Shown piece by piece: positions 18,454 to 28,527 of a stretch of 32,152 bases of DNA. Made by a program: the position numbers and the translations under genes. How positions within the stretch are numbered: position 1 is the stretch's first letter; each line of letters begins with the position of its first letter. A model generated the notes under the pieces. The model searched no databases. It saw nothing but the letters and a program-made list of their open reading frames with translations, and was not told the DNA's origin. The stretch spans positions 1-32,152 of the forward strand of contig NZQU01000017.1 of the NCBI GenBank assembly GCA_002696025.1, read 5' to 3'. The DNA comes from Crocinitomicaceae bacterium (lineage in GTDB: Bacteria; Bacteroidota; Bacteroidia; Flavobacteriales_D; Crocinitomicaceae).

Positions 18454-20766
18454 ATGCGTATAGTTTTAATTTTCACTCTTTTTATATCTTCTATCGGTTA
18501 TTCACAAATTACAGGAATCGTAATTGATGGCAGTTCAAATGAACCTATTATTGGAGCTAAGGTCATATGTTCAGATGGCAATAGAGCCATTACAGGCTTT
18601 GATGGTGATTTTACTTTGAACTCAAAAACATACCCAGTAAAAATTATTACATCCATGCTACAGTATGTAAATGACACTACAATTGTAGAGCAATCGGGGA
18701 AATTAACCATTACATTAAAAGAGCCCTTAACCAATCTTGAAACTGTTGTTATATCAGCAGGAAGGAGAGAACAAGCTGTTGAAGAGGTGCCAGTCTCCAT
18801 GGAAATTATACGCCCTGAACTAATTGATAACAAAGGTATATCACAGTTAGATGATGCTGTTGATCAAAGTCCTGGTGTTTTTACAATGGATGGACAAGTT
18901 AGTATACGTGGTGGTTCTGGATTTGCATATGGTGCTGGAAGTAGAGTTCTATTGCTTTGGAATGGAATGCCTTTATTATCTGGATATGCTGGAGACACAC
19001 AATGGAATGCCATTCCAATGGAACAAGCATCACAAGTAGAGATAATGAAAGGAGCTTCATCAGTTTTATACGGAAGCGGTGCGTTAAATGGAGTTATTGC
19101 ACTTACTGAAAGAGAACCAACTTCTAAACCCTTAACAAAACTTAAAGTACAAAGTGGATTCTATGACAATCCTTCAAGAGCATCTTTAAAATGGTGGGAA
19201 GATGGAAAAAATCCAAATTTTCATCAATTTGAATTGTATAGAGGACAAATGTTTAAAAGATTTGGATATACTATTTCAACTACTTTATTTCATAATGATG
19301 GATATAGAGATGGTGAATTAACTGACAGAGGAAGGGTAAGTGGAACATTTTATTTTAGACCCAAAAAATTTGACCGTGTTAAAGCCGGAATTGGATACAA
19401 TTATCAATATCAAAAAACAGGTAGTTTTTTATTATGGCAAAGCGATAGTCTTGCATATACACCTCAAAGCACAGATACATCCACTACTTTATCCACTAAT
19501 TTAGGTCATCGATTGTTTATTGATCCTTATTTAAAATTCAGAGACAAGAATAACAACAAGCACTCTCTTAAAACTAGATTGTATTATGTTAAAAATGCCA
19601 TACAAGAAGATCCAGACCAAAGTAGTCAAGCATCTGTTTACTTTTTTGATTATCAATTTCAAAAAGAATTTAATAATGGAATTACTTTAACCTCAGGAAT
19701 TACAGATATTTATAACAATGTTAAGTCTGAACTTTTTGGCGATCACAATTCAAATAACATTGCTGCTTACGGTCAATATGAACATCACATAGGTAAATTT
19801 GACATTATTGGTGGTGTCCGATTGGAATATTTTGAAATGGACAACAAAAGAGGAGATTCAGACTTCCTGATTAAAATGAAAAATGATTCTGTCACCCTAC
19901 CTTTTTACCCTGTTTTTAGATCTGCTCTTCATTATGAAATTGCACCATTCACACATTTAAGAGCATCTTTAGGTCAAGGAGTTCGATACCCATCTGTTGC
20001 TGAAAGGTTTACCCAAACAAGTGTTGGTGGTTTAAATATATTTCCAAATGCAAATCTAAATCCAGAAACTGGTTGGGCTGCTGAAATTGGATTTAAACAA
20101 GGGGTTAAAATTGGTGACTGGAAGGGAATGTTAGACATCTCTGGTTTTGTTAATGAGTATGACAACATGATGGAATTTACTTTTGGAATTTACAACCCTG
20201 ATTCAGTTACATTAACTCAAGACAACATATATGATTGGATTGGTTTTCAAGCTAAAAATGCTGAAAAAGCACGCATTTCCGGTGTGGAATTTTCTTTCAA
20301 TAGCCTCGGAAGTATAGGGCCAATAGAAATTATTTCATTAATTGGCTATACATACATGAACCCTATTTCACTAAATAGTGATTCTACCTACTTAAGTCAA
20401 TTTTCAGACACCACAACCAATATGCTAAAGTATCGATTTAGACATCTAGCAAAAGCTGATATTGAATTTAATTACAAAAAATTTAGTTTAGGTTTTTCAA
20501 GTAGATACAACAGCTTTATGGCGAATATTGACAAAATGTTTGAGGTGGATGCTTTTGGAACAGAAATTTTGCCGGGATTAAAAGAATACAGGGAAGAGTA
20601 CAATAAAGGCAATTTGGTGGTTGATTCAAGAGTTGCTTACAAGGTAAATGAAAAAATAAGAGTTTCATTTATAGCAAATAATGTATTAAATGCTGAATAC
20701 TCTAGTAGACCAGGTGATATTCAAGCACCAAGAAATTTCATTTTGCAACTTCAAATGAAGTTTTAA
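18454..20766 (+). CDS. TonB-dependent outer membrane receptor with CarboxypepD_reg-like N-domain
   Basis: Signal peptide ending GYS|Q. ITGIVIDGSSNEPIIGAKV (Cna-B/carboxypeptidase-regulatory-like), plug motifs (IEIIRP..., SIRGG, VEIMKGASSVLYGSGALNGVI), and a C-terminal aromatic residue (QMKF). Confidence 0.9.
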   Translation: MRIVLIFTLFISSIGYSQITGIVIDGSSNEPIIGAKVICSDGNRAITGFDGDFTLNSKTYPVKIITSMLQYVNDTTIVEQSGKLTITLKEPLTNLETVVISAGRREQAVEEVPVSMEIIRPELIDNKGISQLDDAVDQSPGVFTMDGQVSIRGGSGFAYGAGSRVLLLWNGMPLLSGYAGDTQWNAIPMEQASQVEIMKGASSVLYGSGALNGVIALTEREPTSKPLTKLKVQSGFYDNPSRASLKWWEDGKNPNFHQFELYRGQMFKRFGYTISTTLFHNDGYRDGELTDRGRVSGTFYFRPKKFDRVKAGIGYNYQYQKTGSFLLWQSDSLAYTPQSTDTSTTLSTNLGHRLFIDPYLKFRDKNNNKHSLKTRLYYVKNAIQEDPDQSSQASVYFFDYQFQKEFNNGITLTSGITDIYNNVKSELFGDHNSNNIAAYGQYEHHIGKFDIIGGVRLEYFEMDNKRGDSDFLIKMKNDSVTLPFYPVFRSALHYEIAPFTHLRASLGQGVRYPSVAERFTQTSVGGLNIFPNANLNPETGWAAEIGFKQGVKIGDWKGMLDISGFVNEYDNMMEFTFGIYNPDSVTLTQDNIYDWIGFQAKNAEKARISGVEFSFNSLGSIGPIEIISLIGYTYMNPISLNSDSTYLSQFSDTTTNMLKYRFRHLAKADIEFNYKKFSLGFSSRYNSFMANIDKMFEVDAFGTEILPGLKEYREEYNKGNLVVDSRVAYKVNEKIRVSFIANNVLNAEYSSRPGDIQAPRNFILQLQMKF

Positions 20767-21485
20767 TGAAAGTTTTAGGTGTCATTCCTGCAAGATACAA
20801 CTCTTCAAGATTTCCAGGGAAACCATTGGTTGACTTAAAAGGAAAATCAATGATTCAAAGAGTTTATGAAGGTGCTAATAAATCTAAATCACTTGACCAT
20901 TTAATTGTTGCAACTGATGACAACAGAATTGTTAATGAAGTAAATAAATTTGGTGGTGAGGTTATGATGACTAAATCCACACATACTTCAGGAACAGAAC
21001 GATGTGCAGAAGTGGCAAAAAGCCTTGACAATTATGACATTGTAATTAATATTCAAGGCGATGAACCACTCGTTAACTCAAATCAATTAGATCAATTAAT
21101 TGATGTTTTTAAAGACGAAAAAATTCAAATTGCCACTTTAGGAATTGAAACATCAGACTTAAAAGAAATTGAAAATAGCAACAGAATTAAAATCGTTTGT
21201 GATGTAAATAACAATGCAATGTATTTTAGTCGTAGTATGATACCCTTCAATCAAGACAAACATACAAATCAAAATTATTTAAGACATATTGGCCTATATG
21301 CCTACAGATCAAATACGCTTCAAGAAATATGTAAGGTCGAACCATCTCAAATTGAAAAAATAGAATCTTTAGAGCAATTAAGGTGGCTATATCACGGTTA
21401 TTGCATTTACGTTTTAAAAACAGATATAGAAACACCTAATATAGATACTCCAAATGATTTAAATGCTGTAATCGAGCAACTCTAA
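20766..21485 (+). CDS. kdsB: 3-deoxy-manno-octulosonate cytidylyltransferase (CMP-KDO synthetase)
   Basis: GVIPARYNSSRFPGKPL, NIQGDEPL and IGLYAYR. Its start overlaps the receptor stop (TAATG). Confidence 0.95.
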   Translation: MKVLGVIPARYNSSRFPGKPLVDLKGKSMIQRVYEGANKSKSLDHLIVATDDNRIVNEVNKFGGEVMMTKSTHTSGTERCAEVAKSLDNYDIVINIQGDEPLVNSNQLDQLIDVFKDEKIQIATLGIETSDLKEIENSNRIKIVCDVNNNAMYFSRSMIPFNQDKHTNQNYLRHIGLYAYRSNTLQEICKVEPSQIEKIESLEQLRWLYHGYCIYVLKTDIETPNIDTPNDLNAVIEQL

Positions 21486-21492
21486 TCAGATA

Positions 21493-21523
21493 TTGTTTTT
21501 ACTTTGTGAAATGTGTATCTTTG
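21493..21523 (+). promoter_or_regulatory. Candidate promoter abutting the SPOR-protein start codon
   Basis: TTG-N20-TATCTTTG. The final G of the -7 box is only 4 nt before the ATG at 21528. Confidence 0.4.
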
Positions 21524-21527
21524 CTAT

Positions 21528-22676
21528 ATGATTTCTTTAGATAAAATTATATTTAATCTTTTACTGCATCATGATTGTGTAATCATCCCTTCTTTTGGTG
21601 GATTTGTTTCTCAAAATGAAAAAGCAAAAATTGATTATGATAAAGGAGAAATCACTCCTCCTAGAAAAGTAATTATATTTAATAATAAATTATTGAAAAG
21701 CGATGGTTTATTAATAAATCATTTCGCTGAACAAAACAAGTTATCATATCAAGAATCTTTTGATCAAATTAGAAATCAAATTAACTCTTGGAAAAGCCAA
21801 CTAGACTCTGGGAATCGTATTGAATTAAATAAAATTGGAACACTTCATATTGACAAGTCAAATAAAATTCGTTTTATTCAAGATGACTTTTCAAATTTAT
21901 TGGCTTCTTCATATGGGCTTTCTACTTTTATTTTCAACACTCCGAAAATTGAAACAGAAACAGAAACAAAACCCAAAGAAAAAAACCTAAAGCCTAAAGA
22001 AAACTCAAAAAACAAAAAGCAATCGATTAATACTACAGAAAAGAAAACTGTTGCGCTATGGAAATATGCAGCAGCAGCATGTTTATTGCCATTAATGTTT
22101 TATTCGTTTTGGCTGCCTACTCAAACAAATTTTCTTGAATCAGGTATTATATCTATTCAAGATTTAAATCCATTCCACAAAATAGAAGAAACCAAATACC
22201 AAAAAATAAAGAACAGTAAAGTATTTGATTTATCAACAAAAGAACAATCTCTAGAAAATCAAATCAAATCATTAAATGCAGATTTGAATTATTTTTCATA
22301 CAAGTATGATGATGAAAAATACATAATCGTTAAAATAAAAGAAGATTCTCCTGTGAATAAAATCAGTAATGATAAAACATCTCAGGACAAAAAGATTGAA
22401 GAAAAAAAGAAAAGAAGGAGAGAAAGGTATCAAGCGAAATATCCCAAAATACCACGTGGCACCAAAAGTACTATTGTTGGATGTTTTGGGAAATACAAAA
22501 ATGCCACAAGACTTGTTAAAAAACTAAAAAGCAAAGGGTTCAATGCATCTATAGTTGATATAAAAAGAAAATTATACCGAGTTAGCATTGGCGAAACAAC
22601 CAATAACAAAGATTTACAAGATTTAATCCAAAAAACAACAAATCTGGGCTATGACTCCTGGGTTCTTAAACATTAA
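21528..22676 (+). CDS. HU-like N-domain / single TM / C-terminal SPOR domain protein
   Basis: CVIIPSFGGFVSQ (HU-CCDC81-type N-domain), a Lys/Glu-rich linker, TM helix WKYAAAACLLPLMFYSFWL, and a C-terminal SPOR-like region (IVGCFGKYKNATRLVKKLKSKGFNASIV...YRVSIG). I prefer the ATG at 21528 over the tracked GTG at 21513. Confidence 0.7.
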   Translation: MISLDKIIFNLLLHHDCVIIPSFGGFVSQNEKAKIDYDKGEITPPRKVIIFNNKLLKSDGLLINHFAEQNKLSYQESFDQIRNQINSWKSQLDSGNRIELNKIGTLHIDKSNKIRFIQDDFSNLLASSYGLSTFIFNTPKIETETETKPKEKNLKPKENSKNKKQSINTTEKKTVALWKYAAAACLLPLMFYSFWLPTQTNFLESGIISIQDLNPFHKIEETKYQKIKNSKVFDLSTKEQSLENQIKSLNADLNYFSYKYDDEKYIIVKIKEDSPVNKISNDKTSQDKKIEEKKKRRRERYQAKYPKIPRGTKSTIVGCFGKYKNATRLVKKLKSKGFNASIVDIKRKLYRVSIGETTNNKDLQDLIQKTTNLGYDSWVLKH

Positions 22677-22691
22677 CAAACAATATATATT

Positions 22692-23891
22692 ATGAAAAAG
22701 CACATGGTTTTATGCGTTGCTGCGCTTAGTTTTTCTTTAAACGCTCAAGAAATCACAAACAAAGAAGGAAGCAATTATAAATTTGAAAAAATAGCTCATT
22801 TGGATGCAACACCAGTTGAAAGTCAAGGAAGAGCAGGAACATGTTGGAGTTTTTCAGCACTTTCTTTTTTTGAATCTGAATTGATTAGAAAGGGAAACAA
22901 GAATCCTCAATTATTATCTGAAATGTATATAGTAAGAAAGGCTTATGAGGCAAAAGCTGATAAATACATAAGAATGGATGGTAAAATTAATTTTTCTCAA
23001 GGTGGCGCCTTTCATGACATCCCTTATGTTATTAATAATTATGGTATTCTACCAGCCGACGTTTATAAAGGGATTCCAGAAGGAATGAAATCATACAATC
23101 ACAGTGAAATGTTTGCAGTTTTAAATGGAGCTGTCCAAGGGGTAAAAAAACAAGCAGGTAGTACCAAATCAGGTATTTCAACAAAACTTTGGAAACAAGC
23201 TATTAATGGAATATTAGACACCTATATTGGTGAAGATATTCAAGAATTTGAAATGGATGGCAAAAAATATACTCCTAAAACTTATGCTGAAAAAATCGGT
23301 TTAAACATGGATGACTATATATCATTAACTTCATTTACTAATCACCCAATGAATTCCAAATGTATGCTTGCCATTCAAGACAACTGGAGTTGGGGAACTA
23401 GCTATAATGTCAGTTTAGATGATCTTTATAATGCAAGTGTCGAAGCATTAAAAAATGGATATACTTTAGCTTGGGGAGCTGATGTTTCTGAAAAAGGATT
23501 TAGCTTCAGTAATGGATTAGGAATTAATCCTGAAGATCAATCAACTATAAAAATTAAAGGAAGAGACAATCGAAATTTCTCTGATGGAGGTGCTGAAAGG
23601 TCTTCAAATGCATTTTTAACACCTGTAAAAGAGAAAGTGATTACTGCTGAATACAGACAAAAAGGTTACGACAATAAAACAACAACTGATGATCATGGGA
23701 TGCACATAGTTGGTTTATACAAAGATCAAGATGGAACCAACTATTTCTTGGTAAAAAACTCATGGGGAACAGGCAATTACCCTGAAGGGTATCTTTATGT
23801 TTCTGAAAGTTATTTTAAGTGGAAAACAATAAACATCTATCTTCATAAAGATGCTGTTTCAAAAGGATTATCAAAAAAACTTGGTTTATAA
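22692..23891 (+). CDS. Secreted C1-family cysteine peptidase (aminopeptidase C/bleomycin hydrolase-like)
   Basis: Signal peptide ending LNA|Q. Catalytic Cys in QGRAGTCWSFSALSF, His in DHGMHIVG, Asn in VKNSWG. Confidence 0.85.
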   Translation: MKKHMVLCVAALSFSLNAQEITNKEGSNYKFEKIAHLDATPVESQGRAGTCWSFSALSFFESELIRKGNKNPQLLSEMYIVRKAYEAKADKYIRMDGKINFSQGGAFHDIPYVINNYGILPADVYKGIPEGMKSYNHSEMFAVLNGAVQGVKKQAGSTKSGISTKLWKQAINGILDTYIGEDIQEFEMDGKKYTPKTYAEKIGLNMDDYISLTSFTNHPMNSKCMLAIQDNWSWGTSYNVSLDDLYNASVEALKNGYTLAWGADVSEKGFSFSNGLGINPEDQSTIKIKGRDNRNFSDGGAERSSNAFLTPVKEKVITAEYRQKGYDNKTTTDDHGMHIVGLYKDQDGTNYFLVKNSWGTGNYPEGYLYVSESYFKWKTINIYLHKDAVSKGLSKKLGL

Positions 23892-25289
23892 ATGAATATA
23901 GAGCAACTGTATACTAAGTGCTTAGCGCAAGGTGCATATTATATTAAATCAAAAAATGAAGCAGTAATAATTGATCCACTCAGAGAAGTAGATCAATATA
24001 TTGAAAAAGCAAATAAGGATGGTGTCAAAATCAAATACATCATTGAAACTCATTTTCATGCTGATTTTGTAAGTGGTCATGTTGATTTAGCAAAAAAAAC
24101 AGGAGCAACTATTGTTTTTGGTCCAAATGCCGAAACAAATATAGATGCTTATATAGCTAAAGATGAGGAAGAATTATTTTTTGGAGATGCATCATTAAAA
24201 GTACTTCATACACCAGGACACACACTTGAATCATCTTGTTTTTTATTAAAAGATTCAACAAAGAAAGACATTGCAATATTTACAGGTGATACTTTATTTA
24301 TAGGTGATGTTGGACGGCCAGATTTGGCTCAAAAATCAAATAACATTACAAAAAATGATCTTGCTGGAATGTTGTATGATTCACTTCAAAATAAAATACT
24401 TAAACTAAATAACGAAGTGATTGTTTATCCCGCACATGGTGCAGGAAGTGCTTGTGGCAAAAACATGTCAAAAGAAACCTATAGTACTATTGGAGAACAA
24501 AAAGAAAAAAATTATGCTTTAAGACAAGGAATAACAAGACAAGAATTTATTGATGAAGTGACAGATGGAATTCTTCCGCCTCCAGGTTATTTTGGAATCA
24601 ATGTATCCATGAATAAAAATGGATATGACTCTATGGATGAAATATTCAAAAGAAGCTTAAAACCTTTAAATATAGATGAATTCTGTAGTTATCTAGAAAA
24701 AGATATTGTTGTTCTTGATACAAGAAATGCCGCTGATTTTGCCAAAATACACATACCTAAAAGTATTAGTATTGGACTTGAAGGTCAGTTTGCACCTTGG
24801 GTTGGTTCTATTTTTCCAAATCTTGATAAAAAATTAGTTTTGATTTGTCCAATAGGAAAAGAAAAAGAAAGTGTACAAAGACTTTCACGAGTTGGATATG
24901 ATCAAGTAATTGGATATTTGAATGGTGGCATTGATACTTGGATCAACAATCATAAAAACACTGATTCAATTGAAAGAATTAATGCTGATCAATTATTAGA
25001 ATTATACAATGAAAACCAAAATATAATAGATGTTAGGAAGCCTGGGGAATTTAGTTCTGAACATATTGAAAACGCCTTTTCTCTCCCATTAGATTTCATT
25101 CATGACAATATTAACCATTATCCTTCTGGAAAATTATTTATTCATTGTGCTGGAGGATATAGAAGTATTATTGCCGCTTCTATTTTAAAATCAAAAGGAT
25201 ATCATGATCTGTGTGATGTAATTGGAGGGTATAATGCGATTTCAAAAACTTCAATACCTATAACTGATTTTGTTTGTCCTAATTCTTAA
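23892..25289 (+). CDS. MBL-fold metallo-hydrolase fused to two rhodanese domains (persulfide dioxygenase-like)
   Basis: ETHFHADFVSGH (HxHxDH-type motif), HTPGHT, and a C-terminal rhodanese active-site loop IHCAGGYRS. Confidence 0.85.
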   Translation: MNIEQLYTKCLAQGAYYIKSKNEAVIIDPLREVDQYIEKANKDGVKIKYIIETHFHADFVSGHVDLAKKTGATIVFGPNAETNIDAYIAKDEEELFFGDASLKVLHTPGHTLESSCFLLKDSTKKDIAIFTGDTLFIGDVGRPDLAQKSNNITKNDLAGMLYDSLQNKILKLNNEVIVYPAHGAGSACGKNMSKETYSTIGEQKEKNYALRQGITRQEFIDEVTDGILPPPGYFGINVSMNKNGYDSMDEIFKRSLKPLNIDEFCSYLEKDIVVLDTRNAADFAKIHIPKSISIGLEGQFAPWVGSIFPNLDKKLVLICPIGKEKESVQRLSRVGYDQVIGYLNGGIDTWINNHKNTDSIERINADQLLELYNENQNIIDVRKPGEFSSEHIENAFSLPLDFIHDNINHYPSGKLFIHCAGGYRSIIAASILKSKGYHDLCDVIGGYNAISKTSIPITDFVCPNS

Positions 25290-25291
25290 AA

Positions 25292-27718
25292 TTATTTTTT
25301 CCAAAATTTCCACCAAGGCTGCTTTTTTTCTTCTTCTTGGTAATAACCTTGTACATAACCATAACCACCATAACCGTAGCCATAGCCATAACCACCATAA
25401 CCATAGCCATAACCATAACCCTTTCCACCATAGGTTCCATTTAATAAAATAGCCATATTAGGCAGTCTTTTTTCTTGGTGTAATTCTGAAGATATATTTA
25501 ACATCCTTCTAGGTAACTGGTGAGCTCTTACAACATATATAACTGAATCAGCAAATTTAGATATCAATAAAGTGTCTGTTACGATTCCAACTGGAGCGGT
25601 GTCAACAACAATATAATCATATCTTTTTCCCAATTCATCAAACATATAATCAACCCTATCCATCATTAATAATTCCGAAGGGTTTGGAGGGATATCTCCA
25701 GAAGGTAGAAGATCTACATTATCATTTATATCACTTGTATATATTATTTCATCTAAAGTCATGGACTCATCAACAATGAAATTGGTAACCCCTTTAGATC
25801 TATCAGTTTCAAGGTACTCTTCCAATTTAGGTGCACGTAAATCCATTCCCAAAACAAGAACTTTTTTACCAGATAAGGCAAGAGATAATGAAAAGTTTAC
25901 TGTTGTAAATGATTTTCCTTCTCGAGCAACTGTTGAAGTAATGAAAATAAACTTTCCTTTATCAGTAGTAGGACCTAGAATGAAATCAACATTTGTTCTA
26001 AGCGACCTAAATGCTTCAGAAATTGCAGTTTTACTCCCCTTAGTAACAACTATTTGGGTGTTTTTTTCTCCCAATGGTATGTTTCCAATATATGGTAATT
26101 TTTTCTTTTCAATATCCGATTTTGAATATACCTTATCGTATAAAAGTTCTTTAACATATATATACAAAATTGATAGTGCTATTGCCAAAGAAATGGCACC
26201 AAAATAAATAAATGACTTTTTAGGAGAAATTACACTTCCTGAAGAAAAGGCTGGGTCTACAACTTTGGCATTTCCAACACCAACAGCAAGAGCTATTTGA
26301 GTTTCTTCTCTTTTTTGAAGTAAATAAAGGTAGAGAGATTCTTTTATCTCTTGTTGTCTAATAATTGATCTAAATTCTTTTTCGTTTTTTGGAGTTTTAG
26401 ATAGATTAACAAGAACTCTTTTTTCTTCTTCCTCTAATTCTGATAGTTTTTTATTATTTGAATTGATTAAATTATTAATACTGTTGTTAATATTAAGTTT
26501 AAGCTCAACTATTCTATTGGTTAAATTAACAACTATAGGGTTTTTTAATGTAGTTGTTTTTAACTCTTCAATACGCTCTAGAACAAGATTATTATGCCTT
26601 TCTATTGTTCTTTCAATAGAATTGTCAGCCAAACCAAGATTAATAGGTATTAAATCATTAGGACCATCATTTTGCTTGATATGATCAAGCATCATATTAC
26701 TTAATTCAAGCTCTGTGTTTGCCTGAACAATACTTCTTCTTAAGTCTAAATTTCCTGAAATATTTGTTTTGGCTTCAAATTCAATATCAACTAGACTGTT
26801 ATAATCTTTATATTTTTTTGCTGAATCCTCTACGTTTCCAAGCTCATCAGATATCACATCTATTCTACCTGATATAAAATCAGAGGTGTTTTTAGAAATT
26901 AAATTTTTATCATTGATTGCATCTTTATTGTATTCATCAATTAGTTGGTTGATGATATCAACAGCCTTTTCTTTAGATTGATTTTGAAGATTAATTCTTA
27001 GCATAGTTGATGCATTTCCAAATTGCTCAACTGATAATTTCGATAAATTTTTATTAACAGCAACATCTAGAGGGACCACGTTAATTTGATATTTACGCTC
27101 TACTAGTTTAGACGAAAAATTAGATGCTTTTAAAATTCTATATTTTACACCTTTTTTATTAAATAAAATCCATTTATTAAATGGTATTCTTTTTATGATT
27201 TTACCATTACCATCCTCCATTTGAACCATGCCGGTATCAGTAACATTAACTAAATACTTGACATTTACATTTTTAAGCAATGAATCTCCTACATTAAATT
27301 CTATTAATATTGGTGATTTATCATAAATTTCTCTTTTAGTGAAACCTGTGACATTACCAATAGCAAAATATTCCTTTTGTAAATCTAATTTCCGAACTAC
27401 TTTTTTCATCAAACGACGAGAAAGAAAAACAGACCTTTCATTTTCAACAGAATTCCCATCATTAAAAATCGACAAATCTTCAAATGCAGATGTTTCTGAC
27501 ATACCAGACCCCCCTTTTTGATTATTTTTAATCATTACAGTAGCCTTTGCCTCATATAACGGAACCGTGTATCTTAGATAGATATACGAAACAAAAAGAC
27601 AGATGATTGTTAAAATTAAAAACAATGTCCAATGAGAAAGATATTTGAAAAATAAATCTCTAAAATTTGATCTACCTATATCTTCAATTGATATTTTTTT
27701 ATCATCAATATCCTCCAT
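25292..27718 (-). CDS. wzc: Polysaccharide co-polymerase / BY-kinase (Wzc-like tyrosine autokinase)
   Basis: 808 aa. N-terminal Wzz-like domain with 2 TM helices. Kinase motifs Walker A TSTVAREGKSFTT, Walker A' VLVLGMDLRAP and Walker B YIVVDTAPVG, plus a C-terminal Tyr cluster. Confidence 0.9.
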   Translation of the reverse strand: MEDIDDKKISIEDIGRSNFRDLFFKYLSHWTLFLILTIICLFVSYIYLRYTVPLYEAKATVMIKNNQKGGSGMSETSAFEDLSIFNDGNSVENERSVFLSRRLMKKVVRKLDLQKEYFAIGNVTGFTKREIYDKSPILIEFNVGDSLLKNVNVKYLVNVTDTGMVQMEDGNGKIIKRIPFNKWILFNKKGVKYRILKASNFSSKLVERKYQINVVPLDVAVNKNLSKLSVEQFGNASTMLRINLQNQSKEKAVDIINQLIDEYNKDAINDKNLISKNTSDFISGRIDVISDELGNVEDSAKKYKDYNSLVDIEFEAKTNISGNLDLRRSIVQANTELELSNMMLDHIKQNDGPNDLIPINLGLADNSIERTIERHNNLVLERIEELKTTTLKNPIVVNLTNRIVELKLNINNSINNLINSNNKKLSELEEEEKRVLVNLSKTPKNEKEFRSIIRQQEIKESLYLYLLQKREETQIALAVGVGNAKVVDPAFSSGSVISPKKSFIYFGAISLAIALSILYIYVKELLYDKVYSKSDIEKKKLPYIGNIPLGEKNTQIVVTKGSKTAISEAFRSLRTNVDFILGPTTDKGKFIFITSTVAREGKSFTTVNFSLSLALSGKKVLVLGMDLRAPKLEEYLETDRSKGVTNFIVDESMTLDEIIYTSDINDNVDLLPSGDIPPNPSELLMMDRVDYMFDELGKRYDYIVVDTAPVGIVTDTLLISKFADSVIYVVRAHQLPRRMLNISSELHQEKRLPNMAILLNGTYGGKGYGYGYGYGGYGYGYGYGGYGYVQGYYQEEEKKQPWWKFWKK
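25340..25429 (-). repeat. Imperfect hexanucleotide (GGNTAY) repeat encoding the Gly-Tyr tail of Wzc
   Basis: The plus strand shows reiterated ATAACC/ATAGCC units (e.g. CATAACCATAACCACCATAACCGTAGCCATAGCCATAACCACC...). It encodes GGKGYGYGYGYGGYGYGYGYGGYGYVQGYY (12 Tyr in 30 aa). Confidence 0.85.
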
Positions 27719-28527
27719 TATTTTAAAATTAAATTAAGAGCAGTAAGAATTAAAGAAATACTTGATAAAATAGGAAGATAAATCTGACTGTAACTAGATG
27801 AGTTTATTTTAGCACGGTTAGGGGAAACATAAATTACATCATTCTGTTGTAAAAAATAAAACTGAGATGAGAAAAAGTCTTTTGATGTTAAGTCAATAAG
27901 AAATTCTTTCCTCACTCCATTAACCTCTCTAATTAAAACAATCTTTTTTCTTTCAGCGGTAATATTTAAATCACCAGCAATGGCAATGGCTTCAATCAAA
28001 GATATTTTTTCGTTAGGCACAGAAATTGTTCCAGGTCTTCTAACATCACCTAAGACTGTTACTTTAAAATTAATTATTTGAATTAATACAATTGGCTCTT
28101 TTATATATTCACTTAATTTACTTTCAATTTCATCTTCAAGATCATTTCTTTTTTTTCCATGAGCCAATATTTTCCCAATAAATGGAAGCTCAATAAAACC
28201 ATTTTGATCAACTAAAAATCCATTTTTAGAAGCAACACCAGAACTGTAAGTTACGGTTGTTTTATTATTTTGAATAGCTGGAGTAAACAATTTTGTAGCT
28301 TCTTCATTTGCAGTAGTTAACATGACTTCTAACATGTCATTTTTTTGAATAACAGGAAAATAAGAAGAATGAAGCTCAGAGGTAGAATCTATAAATTCAC
28401 CTTGAAAATACAATACCTCTTCAGCCTTCTTACAAGAATTAAAGAAAAATGAACAAAGAACTGTGATTAACAATGTTACTAAAAAACTGCTTTTTTTTAT
28501 AAAATTCATCTTATTGTATTTATGCAC
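27718..28527 (-). CDS. wza: Polysaccharide export outer membrane lipoprotein (Wza-like)
   Basis: Lipobox-like FFFNSC, Poly_export/SLBB-type sequence (VTVLGDVRRPG, IEAIAIAGD), and a C-terminal hydrophobic helix. The start may instead be the Met at 28509. Its stop overlaps the wzc start (TAATG). Confidence 0.85.
   Translation of the reverse strand: MHKYNKMNFIKKSSFLVTLLITVLCSFFFNSCKKAEEVLYFQGEFIDSTSELHSSYFPVIQKNDMLEVMLTTANEEATKLFTPAIQNNKTTVTYSSGVASKNGFLVDQNGFIELPFIGKILAHGKKRNDLEDEIESKLSEYIKEPIVLIQIINFKVTVLGDVRRPGTISVPNEKISLIEAIAIAGDLNITAERKKIVLIREVNGVRKEFLIDLTSKDFFSSQFYFLQQNDVIYVSPNRAKINSSSYSQIYLPILSSISLILTALNLILK

Noticed and set aside
25270-25452. A 60-aa ORF with a hydrophobic N-terminus and a His/Asn-rich tail (HNHNHHNRSHSHNHHNHSHNHN) that looks like a metal-binding peptide.
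   Set aside because: It is the exact antisense of the Wzc Gly-Tyr repeat (GGNTAY read backwards gives His/Asn/Ser codons) and starts inside the 3' end of the MBL-rhodanese gene. It is a compositional mirror image, not an independent gene.
25761-26207. A 148-aa plus-strand ORF inside wzc. The same applies to 26463-26684, 27339-27521, 12032-12313, 18498-18833, 17922-18197, 15625-15813, 5165-5353, 5717-5944, 5959-6201, 6320-6505, 671-943, 1766-2011, 18851-19039, 19974-20168, 21247-21435 and 29873-30097.
   Set aside because: All lie inside, antisense to or out of frame with, ORFs that carry strong family motifs. They are low-complexity, hydrophobic translations typical of AT-rich shadow ORFs.
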